From assembly GCA_965223545.1 (NCBI GenBank), contig OZ245006.1, positions 4,224,001-4,288,000 on the forward strand: a stretch of DNA of 64,000 nt. The letters are read 5' to 3'. Source of the DNA: Planctomycetota bacterium. Lineage in GTDB: Bacteria > Planctomycetota > UBA1135 > UBA2386. The notes beneath the pieces are model-generated. The model was given only the letters and a program-made list of their open reading frames with translations, was not told the origin of the DNA and ran no database searches. A program made the translations under genes and the position numbers. Positions 38,831 through 49,324 of this stretch are shown here, piece after piece (the first letter of the stretch is position 1; every line of letters begins with the position of its first letter).

Positions 38831-41479
38831 TTACGGCCGGACCACCGTGCGCTGGTCGGCCTGCAGCGCGATCGGCAGGCGCCGGACTTCGGCGCCGTCC
38901 TGCAGCAACACCAGCGTGCGGGCCGCGTCACTGACGGCGAGCGGATTGGAACGTCCCCTGACGATGTCGTGCTCGAAGCTCTCGAATCGGCTCGTCCCCC
39001 TGAACTCGCTCACCTCGAGCGGCTCGTCCTGCGCGTCGAGAATCCGCAACGCGTCCGCCTCCGCCGGGTCGTTCAGCTCGACTTGGAAGTGGCACCGCCG
39101 GCCGACGACGATGCGCACGGCGTCGGCCGCGCTGATCAGTGCCGCGAGCCCGCCCTCGACATGGCGGCCCCACTCGAGCGGAACCGTGCCAGCGCCATCC
39201 AGGCGCAGGTAGGCCAGGGTGCGCGGCACATCGTGCAAGACGAATGAACCGTCCTCTTCGGTCACGGTCCCGTCGGCGCCCCAGTGGTAGGTGCCGGCGA
39301 CCTGCTCTTGTACGCGGGTGACGAACGCGTCGCACATCGGTGCGACCGACACACCGGGCACCGGTTCTCCGCGGTGGTCGACGACGGTGCCGCGCAGCTC
39401 GGCAAACAGGCCGGCCGAGGACAGCACGATGCGCGCGTTGTCGCGGCCCGCCTCGACGTCGCCGAGCTCGCTGCGCAGAAGCGTCGAAGGGTCCATCGCC
39501 TGCACGCGATAGGAGCGCGCCAGCAGCCCTTCCAGCCGAAAGCGTCCGTCGGCATCGGCTTCTACCGAACGCCAGCCCGGCTCGGCACCGGCGATCAAGT
39601 TCTCGCAGTGCATGAGCCGTGGAAACCGACCGGTGCTCGGATCGCCGAGGCCGCCGAAGAACAGTGGGTCGGCGACCCACACCATCGCACCGGGGCGCGG
39701 CTCGCCCCGCTCGTCGACAACCCGACCGGCGATCGACAGCGGGGGACCGCCGAGCCGTAGCACGATGCTGTCCGGCCAGATCGGCTTGCCGTCCGCATCG
39801 CGCCCGGCAGCCGGCAGGTGCGCGGGCAAGTGCCCGGGCTTGATCGCGCGCAACTCGCCCGCATCGACTTCGAGGTAGCGACGCGCCATTCGGTTGAATG
39901 ACTGTTCGGCGTCGAGCGCAAAGGAGAACCTTCCTTGTGTGTCGGTGGTTGTGGTGTCGATGCCCATCGCGACCGTGGCCCCGTCGACCGGCGTGCCGGC
40001 AGCGTCGACGACAAGGCCGCGCAGAGTGTCCTCGCTCCGCGCCGGATCGCCGAGCTCGAGCAGGAGGTCGCTGCGGTCGGAGGTCGGTGCCACCATGCGG
40101 TGTGGTTCGAGCCCCTCGACGCTTCCGATCAGCGTCGCGCCGTCGACCGCGGGGGCGATCAGCTCGAACGATCCATCCACGCCTGATGTGGTCCGCCACG
40201 ACAACGTGGTGGAGTCGTCGAGCACAGTGCCGATGCGCGCCCGCAGATCGCTCGGCAGAGTGATCTCGACGCTTGCACCTTCGCGGGGCGTCGCATCCGG
40301 TGCCACGACCAAGCCCGCGAGCAGCACCCGCGGCGCGGCGACGACCACCGGGGTCGCGCCGCTGTCGGCGGCGACCGGCCGCGCACCGAGCACGGTGACG
40401 TAGTCGGCGTCGTCGACGTGCAGCGCTCCGGCCGCCCCCGTCGCGAACTCGAACCACCCCTCGGCGTCGGTGGTGGCAACTGCGATGCCCGTGTCCTCGC
40501 CGGCGTCGGACTCGGCGGCGACCGGGTTGGCCCCGCTGCCACTGCGCGGTCGCACCGCGACCCCGGCGAGGGGGCGGCCCCGAACGTCGAGGACGCGGCC
40601 GCGGACCGCCGGCGAAGTCCTGGTCGCGATCGCGGCCGGCTGGTCCACGGCGGCACGCGGGGCGGACTCGACCGGGCGCCGGCCGGCAGCGCTGGCATCG
40701 GTGGGCTGGAGCGCCGCGGGTACACCGTCCTCGGATTGTGGCGGCGAGCCCGACGTGGTCCGGTCGGCGGGCGTCGAGTTGGTCGCCAATGCGAGCCAGG
40801 TGACGCCGGTGGCGGCGACCGCCAGAAAAGCGACGATGACTTTGGTGTTCATGGCGAGGATGCCGAGCGTCAACGGTGAAGCGAGACCGGGTGCAGCGAG
40901 GCACGTCGAGCCAACGGCGGGGCCGGCCGCAGCCGTGCCCAAGTCGGGGCGGAGCAGCGGGGCGAGCGCCAGCAGCCACGGCGTGTCGCGACCGTGCTGA
41001 CGCTTCAGTTGGTCGCGCAGCCGCTGCAGGCCGCGCGCCAGCCGAGTCTTGACCGTCGCCACCGGCACTCCCTGTCGGTCGGCGATCTCGGCGGGGCCGC
41101 AGCTCTCGAAGTAGCGCAGGACGATCGTCGTGCGGTAGGGCTCGTCGAGCGCCAACACGAGGGCGGCGATCGCGCGCTGGGCTTCGATGCGTTCCAGCAG
41201 GTCGTGGTCACCGCGGTCGGGGCGGGCGGCACACCGCTCGTGGTGAAGACGCCGCTGCTCGGCGCGCCGGCGGTGTGCCTGCCGGTTTCGCATCACCGTC
41301 GCGAGCCAGCCACGCACCGGCTGGCCGCCGCGCGGCGGCCGCGCCAGGGCTCGCAGCCACGTATCCTGCTCGAGGTCGTCGGCGCCGGCGGCGTCGCCGG
41401 CCAACTGCAGGGCCAGCCGGCGAACCCAGCTGGACTCGCGCAGGAGCTGTTCGGGGGGGACAGGAGTCGGATTCGCCAT
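38831..41479 (-). CDS. ECF sigma factor fused to a TM helix and carboxypeptidase-regulatory-like repeats
   Basis: ADDLEQDTWLRAL, GWLATVMRN, LDEPYR..IVLRYF, TVKTRLARG, a TM segment, then repeated GRVVD..G.P...A.V and TD..G.F motifs. Confidence 0.9.
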   Translation of the reverse strand: MANPTPVPPEQLLRESSWVRRLALQLAGDAAGADDLEQDTWLRALARPPRGGQPVRGWLATVMRNRQAHRRRAEQRRLHHERCAARPDRGDHDLLERIEAQRAIAALVLALDEPYRTTIVLRYFESCGPAEIADRQGVPVATVKTRLARGLQRLRDQLKRQHGRDTPWLLALAPLLRPDLGTAAAGPAVGSTCLAAPGLASPLTLGILAMNTKVIVAFLAVAATGVTWLALATNSTPADRTTSGSPPQSEDGVPAALQPTDASAAGRRPVESAPRAAVDQPAAIATRTSPAVRGRVLDVRGRPLAGVAVRPRSGSGANPVAAESDAGEDTGIAVATTDAEGWFEFATGAAGALHVDDADYVTVLGARPVAADSGATPVVVAAPRVLLAGLVVAPDATPREGASVEITLPSDLRARIGTVLDDSTTLSWRTTSGVDGSFELIAPAVDGATLIGSVEGLEPHRMVAPTSDRSDLLLELGDPARSEDTLRGLVVDAAGTPVDGATVAMGIDTTTTDTQGRFSFALDAEQSFNRMARRYLEVDAGELRAIKPGHLPAHLPAAGRDADGKPIWPDSIVLRLGGPPLSIAGRVVDERGEPRPGAMVWVADPLFFGGLGDPSTGRFPRLMHCENLIAGAEPGWRSVEADADGRFRLEGLLARSYRVQAMDPSTLLRSELGDVEAGRDNARIVLSSAGLFAELRGTVVDHRGEPVPGVSVAPMCDAFVTRVQEQVAGTYHWGADGTVTEEDGSFVLHDVPRTLAYLRLDGAGTVPLEWGRHVEGGLAALISAADAVRIVVGRRCHFQVELNDPAEADALRILDAQDEPLEVSEFRGTSRFESFEHDIVRGRSNPLAVSDAARTLVLLQDGAEVRRLPIALQADQRTVVRP

Positions 41480-41603
41480 CGGTACGGCCAGCGGGTGGCA
41501 CACCGGCCCTTGCGCAGAGGATTCACGAAAACGCCAAAAACGTCACCCGGCCCCGGCCGGGGTCCATCTCCGCGGCAGCCGCCATAGACTGCGCGCCCGA
41601 CCG

Positions 41604-42842
41604 ATGATCGTCCGGTTCAGTCTCTACGGCTTCCTCAAGAACCAGCGCTACTTCGAGCCGTTCTTGGTGCTCGCGCTGCTCGACCGCGGCCTGTCGTTCT
41701 TCGCAATCGGTGTGCTGGTCGCCCTGCGCGAGCTCACCGTCCACTTGCTAGAGATTCCGTCGGGGGCGATCGCCGACCTGTTCGGCCGCAGCCGGGCGAT
41801 GATCGTCTCGTTCGCCGCTTACATCGCCAGCTTCGTGGTGTTCGCCCAGGCGCGCAGCTTCGCGGGTTTCGTCCCGGCGATGCTGCTCTTCGCGGTCGGC
41901 GAGGCGTTCCGCACGGGCACGCACAAGGCGATCATCTTCGCGTGGTTGCGGCAGCAAGGCAGGGAAGACGAGCGCACCAAGGTCTACGGCTACACACGAT
42001 CGTGGAGCAAGCTCGGCTCGGCGACCTCCGCTCTGCTCGGGGCGGGTTTCGTCTTCTACGCGGAGAGCTACGTCGACGTGTTCTACTTCGCGATCGTTCC
42101 CTACCTGCTCTGCATGGTGAGCTTGGCGACCTACCCGCGCGCACTCGACTACGGCGAACGCCAGCGGCTCCCGGCGCGCGGCATTTGGGCCAACGTGCGC
42201 ACGGTGCTCGCCTCGGCAGTGCGCGAGCCTCGACTCCGGCGGCTGTTGCTCGAGGCGATGGGGTTCGAGGGCCTGTTCAAGGTCGTCAAGGACTACCTCC
42301 AACCGGTGCTGTTGTTGGCCGCGACGGCATACTTCGCCGGCGCCGTCGAGGGCCTCGGTGACGAGCAACGCACGGCGCTCTGGTCCGGCGCCGTCTACAG
42401 CGCGTTGTTCTTCGCCGCCGCCTACGCCAGCCGCAAGGCGCACGTGTTCGCGCACCATGCCGGCAGTGACGCCGCGGCAGCGCATCGTCTCTGGGTCGGC
42501 AACGCCGGCGCCTATGCGGCGATCGTTGCGGCCGCGTGGATCGGGTCGGTGGCTCTGGCGGTCGCTGGCTTCGTCCTCCTGCACGTGCTGCAAAACCTGT
42601 GGCGGCCGATCCTCATTGGCCGCGTCGATGCCGTCGCCGACAGCTCTCTCGGCGCGACGACTCTGTCGGTGGAAAGCCAAGCCCAACGCCTGGCGACGAT
42701 GGTGCTCGCGCCGCTCCTTGGTTGGGTGATCGACAGCGGTCCCACCGGTGTCGCGCGGTTCTGGCCGATCGGCGCCGTCGGCCTGCTGATCGCGGTGTGC
42801 GCCCTGTGGCGGGCTCCACGTGCGGCGCCGGGCGAACCGTAA
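41604..42842 (+). CDS. MFS transporter
   Basis: LEIPSGAIADLFGR, GEAFRTGT, about 12 TM helices. Confidence 0.9.
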   Translation: MIVRFSLYGFLKNQRYFEPFLVLALLDRGLSFFAIGVLVALRELTVHLLEIPSGAIADLFGRSRAMIVSFAAYIASFVVFAQARSFAGFVPAMLLFAVGEAFRTGTHKAIIFAWLRQQGREDERTKVYGYTRSWSKLGSATSALLGAGFVFYAESYVDVFYFAIVPYLLCMVSLATYPRALDYGERQRLPARGIWANVRTVLASAVREPRLRRLLLEAMGFEGLFKVVKDYLQPVLLLAATAYFAGAVEGLGDEQRTALWSGAVYSALFFAAAYASRKAHVFAHHAGSDAAAAHRLWVGNAGAYAAIVAAAWIGSVALAVAGFVLLHVLQNLWRPILIGRVDAVADSSLGATTLSVESQAQRLATMVLAPLLGWVIDSGPTGVARFWPIGAVGLLIAVCALWRAPRAAPGEP

Positions 42843-42913
42843 GCCGCCAGCTCGTGGGGGGTGGCGACTGCATCGGGCTTGACGATGCATTGCGCCGGCG
42901 GAGGATCGCGCGC

Positions 42914-43342
42914 ATGGATGCGGAGCCCGCCGCCGACGAATTCCACGAGCTGTTCCACGAGATCTTCGTGCGCTTCCACGTGCGCGATACCGGCGCCGAC
43001 CGCGGTGTCTCGCGCGAGGCGTGGGCGGTGATGGAACACCTCAGCGAAGCGGGCCCGTTGACGGTGACCGAGGCCGCGCGCCATTTTGCGCGCAGCCAGG
43101 CTGCGATGAGCGAGATCGTGACCCGCTTGGAGCGCCGCGGCCTGCTGACGCGATTCACCGACGAGCGGGACCGGCGGCGGACGCTGGTGTGGCTGAGCCG
43201 AGATGGCGTCGCCGCCTGGCGCCGCGCGCAGCGCCCGCTCGACCGAGGGCAGCTGGTGAGTGCGTTCACCGCGTTGTCCGCTCACCAACGCCAACAAACG
43301 CTCGTCGCGCTGCGCCGCCTGTTGCGGCGGAAGCTGCGATGA
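42914..43342 (+). CDS. MarR-family transcriptional regulator
   Basis: GPLTVTEAA, SEIVTRLERRGLL, DERDRR...LS..G. Confidence 0.9.
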   Translation: MDAEPAADEFHELFHEIFVRFHVRDTGADRGVSREAWAVMEHLSEAGPLTVTEAARHFARSQAAMSEIVTRLERRGLLTRFTDERDRRRTLVWLSRDGVAAWRRAQRPLDRGQLVSAFTALSAHQRQQTLVALRRLLRRKLR

Positions 43343-43362
43343 CTGGACCTCAGGAGTTCGAC

Positions 43363-43611
43363 ATGACCGAGACCCATCCCTGTGAGAGCTGCACGATGCC
43401 GATCGAATCCGGGGCTCTCTGCCAGCACTGCGCGGGCGCCGACGGCGCCCTGCGCCCCTTCGAAGAGCTGTTTCCGCGCATGGTGCAGTGGGCGATGCAC
43501 AACGACGGCGCGCTCACCCGCGAGCAGGCCGAGCAACAGACCGTGCAGTTCATGGCGACCATGCCGGCCTGGCGGGCGCACCCAGAGGTCGTCCGCCGCG
43601 GGCGGGGCTGA
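43363..43611 (+). CDS. Zinc-ribbon domain protein
   Basis: CESCTMP...CQHC...MPAW; AGGAG RBS. Confidence 0.8.
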   Translation: MTETHPCESCTMPIESGALCQHCAGADGALRPFEELFPRMVQWAMHNDGALTREQAEQQTVQFMATMPAWRAHPEVVRRGRG

Positions 43612-43682
43612 TCACTTCGAATCCGCCTTGCCAGCGGCGTCAAGTCGAGCGCGGTCGGCTCCCGATAGCGGAAGCAGCAGGC

Positions 43683-45317
43683 ATGCTGACTTCCGCCCAC
43701 ACGCAGTGGCACGGCGGCCGCCGAGAGTGCGATCTGGCGATTGTCGGTGCCGGCCCCGCCGGTCTGACCCTGGCCAGGGAGCTGCGGTCGGCGGGCCTCG
43801 ACATCGTCGTGCTCGAGGCGGGCGGCCTCGAGGCGCGCCATCCGCGAGAGGCGGGGCGCCAACCGGCTCCGACCGGCACGTACGACGTCGATCATGCGCG
43901 CGCCCGCGGATTCGGTGGCACGTCCAACACCTTCGTGCCGACGGGTTGGCGCGCCCGCCCGCTCGATCCGAGTGACTTCGAGGTGACCGACGGCGACCCT
44001 TGGACGGGCTGGCCGCTGTCCTATGCGGACTTGCTTCCGTTCTACCGGCGGGCGCAGGAGGTCTGCGGTCTGGGAACCTTCGAGTACCGGGGTGAGCCTT
44101 GGGCGGCCGCCGCTGGTCGGCCGTCCCTGTGGGTCGAGGACGACGAGCTACAGACCAGCGTGTTCCAGCTGGGACCGCCCAAGCACTTTCGGCGCATGGC
44201 CGACGATGTCGCGAACTGGGGCTCGGTCGACGTCGTGCTCGGAGCTCGCGTGGTCGAGATCCGGTTGGCGCCGGACGGTACGGTGGAGGCGCTGCGCGTT
44301 CGCGTCCGCGGTGGAGCAGAGACCGAGCTGCACGCGCGGGCTTACGTGTTGGCGTGCGGTGGGATCGACAACGCGAGGCTGCTGTTGGCCTCGGGAGACG
44401 GTGGCGTCGGCAACCACCATGATCTGGTTGGCCGGACCTTCATGGAGCACCTGCACGCCGATACCGGCGTCTTTCGGCCCGCGGACCCCGCGGTCCTTCG
44501 CGACATGTGCTACTACCTGCCGCAGGGCGCCCCCGGGGCTGGGGGATTCCAGGGCGCGCTGAGCTTTCGCGACGACGTCCGGCGGGAAGCGGGGTTGCAC
44601 AACTGCATCTTCTGGCTCTACCCGGTGCCGGAGTTCTGGGCGACGGAGGTCGGTCGGTCGGTGGGAGCGCTGCGCAACGCGCTGCGCGAGCGGCATTGGC
44701 CGGAAGCCGGTGGCACGCATCTGCGCCGGTGTCTGCGCAACGTGCCGGCGTGCGCGTCGACGGTGGCGAGAAGGGTGGCACGCCGGCCGCGCCCGCCGGC
44801 CGCCGCGCGACTCGCGATCGAGGCCGAGCAACGGCCGGCCGTCGAGTCACGCGTCGTGTTGACGGCGAAGTGCGATTCTTTCGGTGTGCCGGTGCCCGCC
44901 CTCGATTGGCGAGTGACCGCGGCGGACTTGACGTCGCTGCGAGCGACCCAGGAGCGGCTCGATGCCCTGTTGCGCCGGCAAGGCCTCGGCCGGATCGAGT
45001 GCATGTTCGGTGACGAGTACCCGAGGGCACACCTGGGGGGTGGCCACCACCACATGGGAACGACGCGCATGAGTGCCGACGCGCGCTACGGGGTAGTCGA
45101 CGGCGACTGTCGCGTGCACGGGGTCGGCAATCTGTTCGTCGCGGGGAGCTCGGTGTTCCCGACCTCGGGCGCCGCCAATCCGACCCTGACGATCGTCGCG
45201 CTCGCGCTGCGCCTGGCAGACCGGTTGCGTGTGGATCTCGACGGTCATCGAGGAGGCGAGGTGGTCGAGGGCCGCGCCGCCGGTGCAACGACCCACCGAG
45301 CGCGGGTCAGCCCTTGA
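43683..45317 (+). CDS. GMC-family oxidoreductase
   Basis: GAGPAG, GGTS, GGIDNARLLL, GRTFMEH, HHMGTTRM, ANPTLT. Confidence 0.93.
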   Translation: MLTSAHTQWHGGRRECDLAIVGAGPAGLTLARELRSAGLDIVVLEAGGLEARHPREAGRQPAPTGTYDVDHARARGFGGTSNTFVPTGWRARPLDPSDFEVTDGDPWTGWPLSYADLLPFYRRAQEVCGLGTFEYRGEPWAAAAGRPSLWVEDDELQTSVFQLGPPKHFRRMADDVANWGSVDVVLGARVVEIRLAPDGTVEALRVRVRGGAETELHARAYVLACGGIDNARLLLASGDGGVGNHHDLVGRTFMEHLHADTGVFRPADPAVLRDMCYYLPQGAPGAGGFQGALSFRDDVRREAGLHNCIFWLYPVPEFWATEVGRSVGALRNALRERHWPEAGGTHLRRCLRNVPACASTVARRVARRPRPPAAARLAIEAEQRPAVESRVVLTAKCDSFGVPVPALDWRVTAADLTSLRATQERLDALLRRQGLGRIECMFGDEYPRAHLGGGHHHMGTTRMSADARYGVVDGDCRVHGVGNLFVAGSSVFPTSGAANPTLTIVALALRLADRLRVDLDGHRGGEVVEGRAAGATTHRARVSP

Positions 45318-46335
45318 TCAGCGGGAGCAGCAGCTCGGCCACTTCGGCACTGAGCTCGGGGTTCGGATGGTTGTCGAGCGGGCCGACGACCATGGTGGCA
45401 GGATCACGGCCGCGCAAGTGGCGGGCGAGGTCGATCACGGTCACTCCCAAGCCTTCGAGATGCCGGACAACCCGGTCCACATAGGGCAAGCTGCGATCGA
45501 TCTCGCGCAGCTGGGGAAACACCGTTGCCAACACGCGCGCCCCACGCGACCGCGCCGTCGTCACCAGGGCCGTCAACTCGTCGCGGTGTGTTGCCCAGAC
45601 ATCGTCACGCAGCCAGACTCGTTCGAAGAACTCCCACGCCTGACGATCGATCTCGCCTCCCTTGGCGAAGCGAAACACCTGCCAATACACGAAGTCGGCG
45701 AGGTGTGAGCGACGCAACAAGGCCTGCAGCCAGGGCGGGGGTAGATCGAAGCGCGGAGCTTCGCCGAGCCCGTGCGCGCGGACCGCATTCTCGATGTCGT
45801 TGAAGTAGTACGACAAGACCACCACTTCCGGGTCGGCGGGGTGGTTGGCGATCGCGTCGCGCTGATCCACCGTGTGCCATCCGTTGCGCGCCAGGACGAC
45901 CACCGACCAGTCGGGTCCGAGTGCCTGTCCGAGTCGGTTGCTGGCGCGATCCGCGATGTCGCGAATCCCGTGGCCGGCGACCAGAGAATCGCCGACGTGG
46001 AACACGACCCGCTTGGCCGCGAGCTGCGCGGGGTCGTGCTCGAGGTCGCGGATGCCCAGCGAATTGATGGGTCGCCAGTAGCGGGCGAACCACCGCTTGC
46101 TGGCCAGCGTGTAGCCGAAGCTATCCGAGCGATCGAGCAAGCCGTAAACGGCGAGCTCCAGCGTCGCCGTCGTGAGGATCAGGGCACTCGACGCGATGCC
46201 GATCTGCGCCAGGCGCCGGCGCGTGCCGGATGCGGGCCAATACCGGCGTCCGAGCCAGAATGCGGCTCCGGTCGCCGCCAAGACCATGACGATGAGCAGG
46301 AGAACACGGGTGGGGTGAGCGCCGAGACACAGCAT
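45307..46335 (-). CDS. Membrane-anchored SGNH/GDSL hydrolase or acyltransferase
   Basis: INSLGIRD, GDS, YYFND, DNHPN. Confidence 0.88.
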   Translation of the reverse strand: MLCLGAHPTRVLLLIVMVLAATGAAFWLGRRYWPASGTRRRLAQIGIASSALILTTATLELAVYGLLDRSDSFGYTLASKRWFARYWRPINSLGIRDLEHDPAQLAAKRVVFHVGDSLVAGHGIRDIADRASNRLGQALGPDWSVVVLARNGWHTVDQRDAIANHPADPEVVVLSYYFNDIENAVRAHGLGEAPRFDLPPPWLQALLRRSHLADFVYWQVFRFAKGGEIDRQAWEFFERVWLRDDVWATHRDELTALVTTARSRGARVLATVFPQLREIDRSLPYVDRVVRHLEGLGVTVIDLARHLRGRDPATMVVGPLDNHPNPELSAEVAELLLPLIKG

Positions 46336-46350
46336 CCGCGGCTGCCAAGC

Positions 46351-48162
46351 CTACCGGGGGACGAGAGCGGAGACCCATTCGCGCCAAGATCCGCGCAGGG
46401 CTCCCAGCAGCCGCGAAGTGCGCACGCTGCGGCCGCCGGTGCGCTCGTTGATCAGTTCGCCGAGTCGCTCCGCCAATCGGGCGTAGACCCAGCGCTGGTA
46501 GTGCCGGATGTTGTCGACGACCGCCGCGGTCGAGGTGACGAGCGGTCGGACATCGCAGATCACCGTGCTGGGCATGCCGTCGACGGCTTCTCCGAGTGCG
46601 CGGTTGAGCTCCGCATGGTGGGTGCCGCGTCCTCTCTCCACCGGGTGCGGCAGATCGAGCTCCGCGCCGTTGACCAGCACCAGGAGTTGATCGTCGCGCA
46701 GGTGGTGGCGAAGCCAGCGGACGTTGTTGGCAAGCCGAGCCCCGTCGGTCTTGCCCACGAAAGTGAACTCGGCCGCGAACCAGTCGAGGAACCCCTCGGC
46801 GTAGGGCTTGGCAGACTCGACGTGGTTTCGGTGGCGTTGGTCGGTGACGTCGATGAAGTAGTCGCCGAAGGGCACGACCCAGTCACTGTCGCGATAGCGG
46901 TAGAGCCCCTGGTCGTAGTCCATCAAGACGCTGTAGACCACGACGTCGATGTCGGCGTCGAAGGCCTGGGTCCGGTAGGCCGCCGCATCCAGGAACGGCA
47001 AACGGTCCAGGGCATCGGCAAAGCGCTCGGCGATGCCGTGGTCGTGACGGCGCAGGATCTCGAGGTGATCGGTCCTCACCGAATGCCCGGCGTCACCCGG
47101 GTAGTTGAACTCGGTGCGGATCCGTTCGCTGGCGCGGAAGAAGTGCACGACTTGATCGAGGTCGCAGCCTCCCTTCAGCAGGATGTTCGCGGACGCATCA
47201 TCTCCGCTCGCCGGGGCGTCATCGCCGATGGCGCTCTCCCGGATCCAGTCGACCGCGCCGCCGGAGCTCAGGTCCGTGGCGACCTCGCCGACGACGTCGA
47301 GCGCGGGGCGGTCGAGACGTTGGTACAGCCAACGCTCGATGCCCATGTTCAAAACCCGGCAAGAGAACAAGAAGTGCTCCAGCCGATCGTCGCGGATGGC
47401 GTAGAAGCCACAGATCCCGTAGTCGCCGTAGCGGTCGATGGCCCGGATGAAGCCCGCGTCGACGTTGGCCGCCGCCAGCAGTGCATCGAGCGCTGGGCCG
47501 TCGATGCGTTCTTTGGTGTAGTTCAGCTGATTCGTGCGCTCGATCAGCTCCAGCACGCGGTCGCGATGGCGCGCCACGTCGTGGCCGACCTCGACGCAGA
47601 TCTCGGACTCGCGCAAGAACGCGTCGTGGTCGATGTTCAAGGCGGCGCGGGCCTTGGCCTTCGCGGCCAGCACTTCGTAGTGCGCCAAGCGTCGGAGCTC
47701 GGGGTCGGCGCGACCGCGCAGCGCCCGGTGGTCGGCGATGGCCTCGATCGCCTCGGCTGGAGCGACCTGCAGGCCGGGGCAGAAGTGCTCCGCTTCACGC
47801 AGGTTGCTCAACCTGTCATCGATGAACAGCACGTTCTCCGCCCGCAGCTGCATCTGGTCGATGAGCGCGCGCAGCATCGGCCCCTTGGGTTGCCACGCGA
47901 TCTGCGGCATGACGAAGTAGCGCCACAGCCCGCGCTCCTGCAGGACGCGCTGGACCGACTCGAAGTCGTTCTTCGAGCAGATGGACGACACGATGCCGCG
48001 CTCCGCCAGGGCGATCACCAGGTCGTGGTGCGCGGGAACGTAGGCGATGCCTTCTTCGCTGAGCGTGCCGCGCCAGAAGGTCTCGTCGAGATCCCACACC
48101 ACCAGCTTGACCGTTCCGCGCAGGGATAGAGTCTCGGTGGAGGCCATCGTTGCCGGTGTCAT
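46351..48162 (-). CDS. FkbH-like HAD-IIIC phosphatase/acyltransferase domain protein
   Basis: KLVVWDLDETFW, SICSKN, LFIDD, RTNQLN, DRYGDYG, FSCRVL. Confidence 0.9.
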   Translation of the reverse strand: MTPATMASTETLSLRGTVKLVVWDLDETFWRGTLSEEGIAYVPAHHDLVIALAERGIVSSICSKNDFESVQRVLQERGLWRYFVMPQIAWQPKGPMLRALIDQMQLRAENVLFIDDRLSNLREAEHFCPGLQVAPAEAIEAIADHRALRGRADPELRRLAHYEVLAAKAKARAALNIDHDAFLRESEICVEVGHDVARHRDRVLELIERTNQLNYTKERIDGPALDALLAAANVDAGFIRAIDRYGDYGICGFYAIRDDRLEHFLFSCRVLNMGIERWLYQRLDRPALDVVGEVATDLSSGGAVDWIRESAIGDDAPASGDDASANILLKGGCDLDQVVHFFRASERIRTEFNYPGDAGHSVRTDHLEILRRHDHGIAERFADALDRLPFLDAAAYRTQAFDADIDVVVYSVLMDYDQGLYRYRDSDWVVPFGDYFIDVTDQRHRNHVESAKPYAEGFLDWFAAEFTFVGKTDGARLANNVRWLRHHLRDDQLLVLVNGAELDLPHPVERGRGTHHAELNRALGEAVDGMPSTVICDVRPLVTSTAAVVDNIRHYQRWVYARLAERLGELINERTGGRSVRTSRLLGALRGSWREWVSALVPR

Positions 48163-48227
48163 CGGCCAAACGGGGTCCGTCGCAGTAGCCTTCGGGGGGC
48201 CCGCTACGGCGGGAGCCAGCGACCGCG

Positions 48228-49298
48228 TCAGCGCTCGGCGCGAGGCGCGCTGGACGCGCTGGCCGGCACCCGCAGATTGCTCCAACCCTCACTCGGTCTC
48301 CACGAGTAGCGTCCGTCGCCGAGAATGAGGTCGCCGCCGTCACGACCGGTGAACGGATGCCGCGCGAACACGCGCCAGGCGTGGTGTTCGGCCGTTCCGC
48401 GGGCGGCCTCGATGCCCGGGTCGTCCATGTTGCGCGGCAGTCGATAGATCTCCTCGACGGCCCCGGTCCAGGCGTCGGCATCGACGTAGTGGAGATTGGT
48501 TTCTGTCTGCAGAAAGACCCGAAACCGCCAGGGCACGCCGGGGCGCGCCGCCGCGCTGCGACGGTCGACGGCCTCGCCGGCGGTGAGTGCTGCTTCGGCA
48601 TCGCGCACCAGCTGATGAGAGCGGTGCTGGAACCCGGCGAGAACCGCCAGATAGGCCGCCGCCACGACGACACCCGCGACGCACCACAGCCGCCGCCGCC
48701 GCTGGTCCGACCGCGTGAATCGCGCGGCGCACACGCCGATCGCCGCAGCGCTGAACAGCGCGGCCACCGGCCAGCCGACGCGGTGCGAGGACCACAGGGC
48801 CGACGCCGCCACCGCGTAGAACACCAACCAGGGCCAGCCGCGGCCTCGGCCCGGCGAGCCGAGACAGGCCGCGGCGCCGAGGGTGATCCACAGCCACGGG
48901 TCGACGATGTAGACCAAGTCGCCGTAGTACCAGGTGCCATCGAACGGCAGCCACGGGCGCACGCCGTAGTTGTTGAGTGCGTCCATCCCGAGGTGCAGCA
49001 GCAAACCTGCCCACGAGACCGCGACCAGCACCGGCAAGCTGCTGCCGAAGCGGCGGCGGGTGCACCACCAGACGAGCACGCCGAGCAGCACGCCCTCGAT
49101 GGCGATGCCGGCCAACGCGTGGGTGACGCCGCGGTGGTGGCACAGATACCACGGCTGTCCGCCCCAGGTGTAGCCGACGATGTCGATATCGGGCAGGTTG
49201 GACGCCGCGACCGCGGCGATGGTGGCCGGTGGGCCGTAGCGATCCAGCCCGAGTCGCGCCAGCGCGAGCCCCGCCAACGTGTGTGCGGCGTTTTCCAC
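48228..49298 (-). CDS. YdjM-like membrane metal-dependent hydrolase
   Basis: HTLAG, NLPDID, HHRGVTH, HLGMD..NNYGVRPW, IVDP. Confidence 0.9.
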   Translation of the reverse strand: MENAAHTLAGLALARLGLDRYGPPATIAAVAASNLPDIDIVGYTWGGQPWYLCHHRGVTHALAGIAIEGVLLGVLVWWCTRRRFGSSLPVLVAVSWAGLLLHLGMDALNNYGVRPWLPFDGTWYYGDLVYIVDPWLWITLGAAACLGSPGRGRGWPWLVFYAVAASALWSSHRVGWPVAALFSAAAIGVCAARFTRSDQRRRRLWCVAGVVVAAAYLAVLAGFQHRSHQLVRDAEAALTAGEAVDRRSAAARPGVPWRFRVFLQTETNLHYVDADAWTGAVEEIYRLPRNMDDPGIEAARGTAEHHAWRVFARHPFTGRDGGDLILGDGRYSWRPSEGWSNLRVPASASSAPRAER

Positions 49299-49324
49299 GT
49301 CTTACCGGGTGAGCAGCGGGCGGA

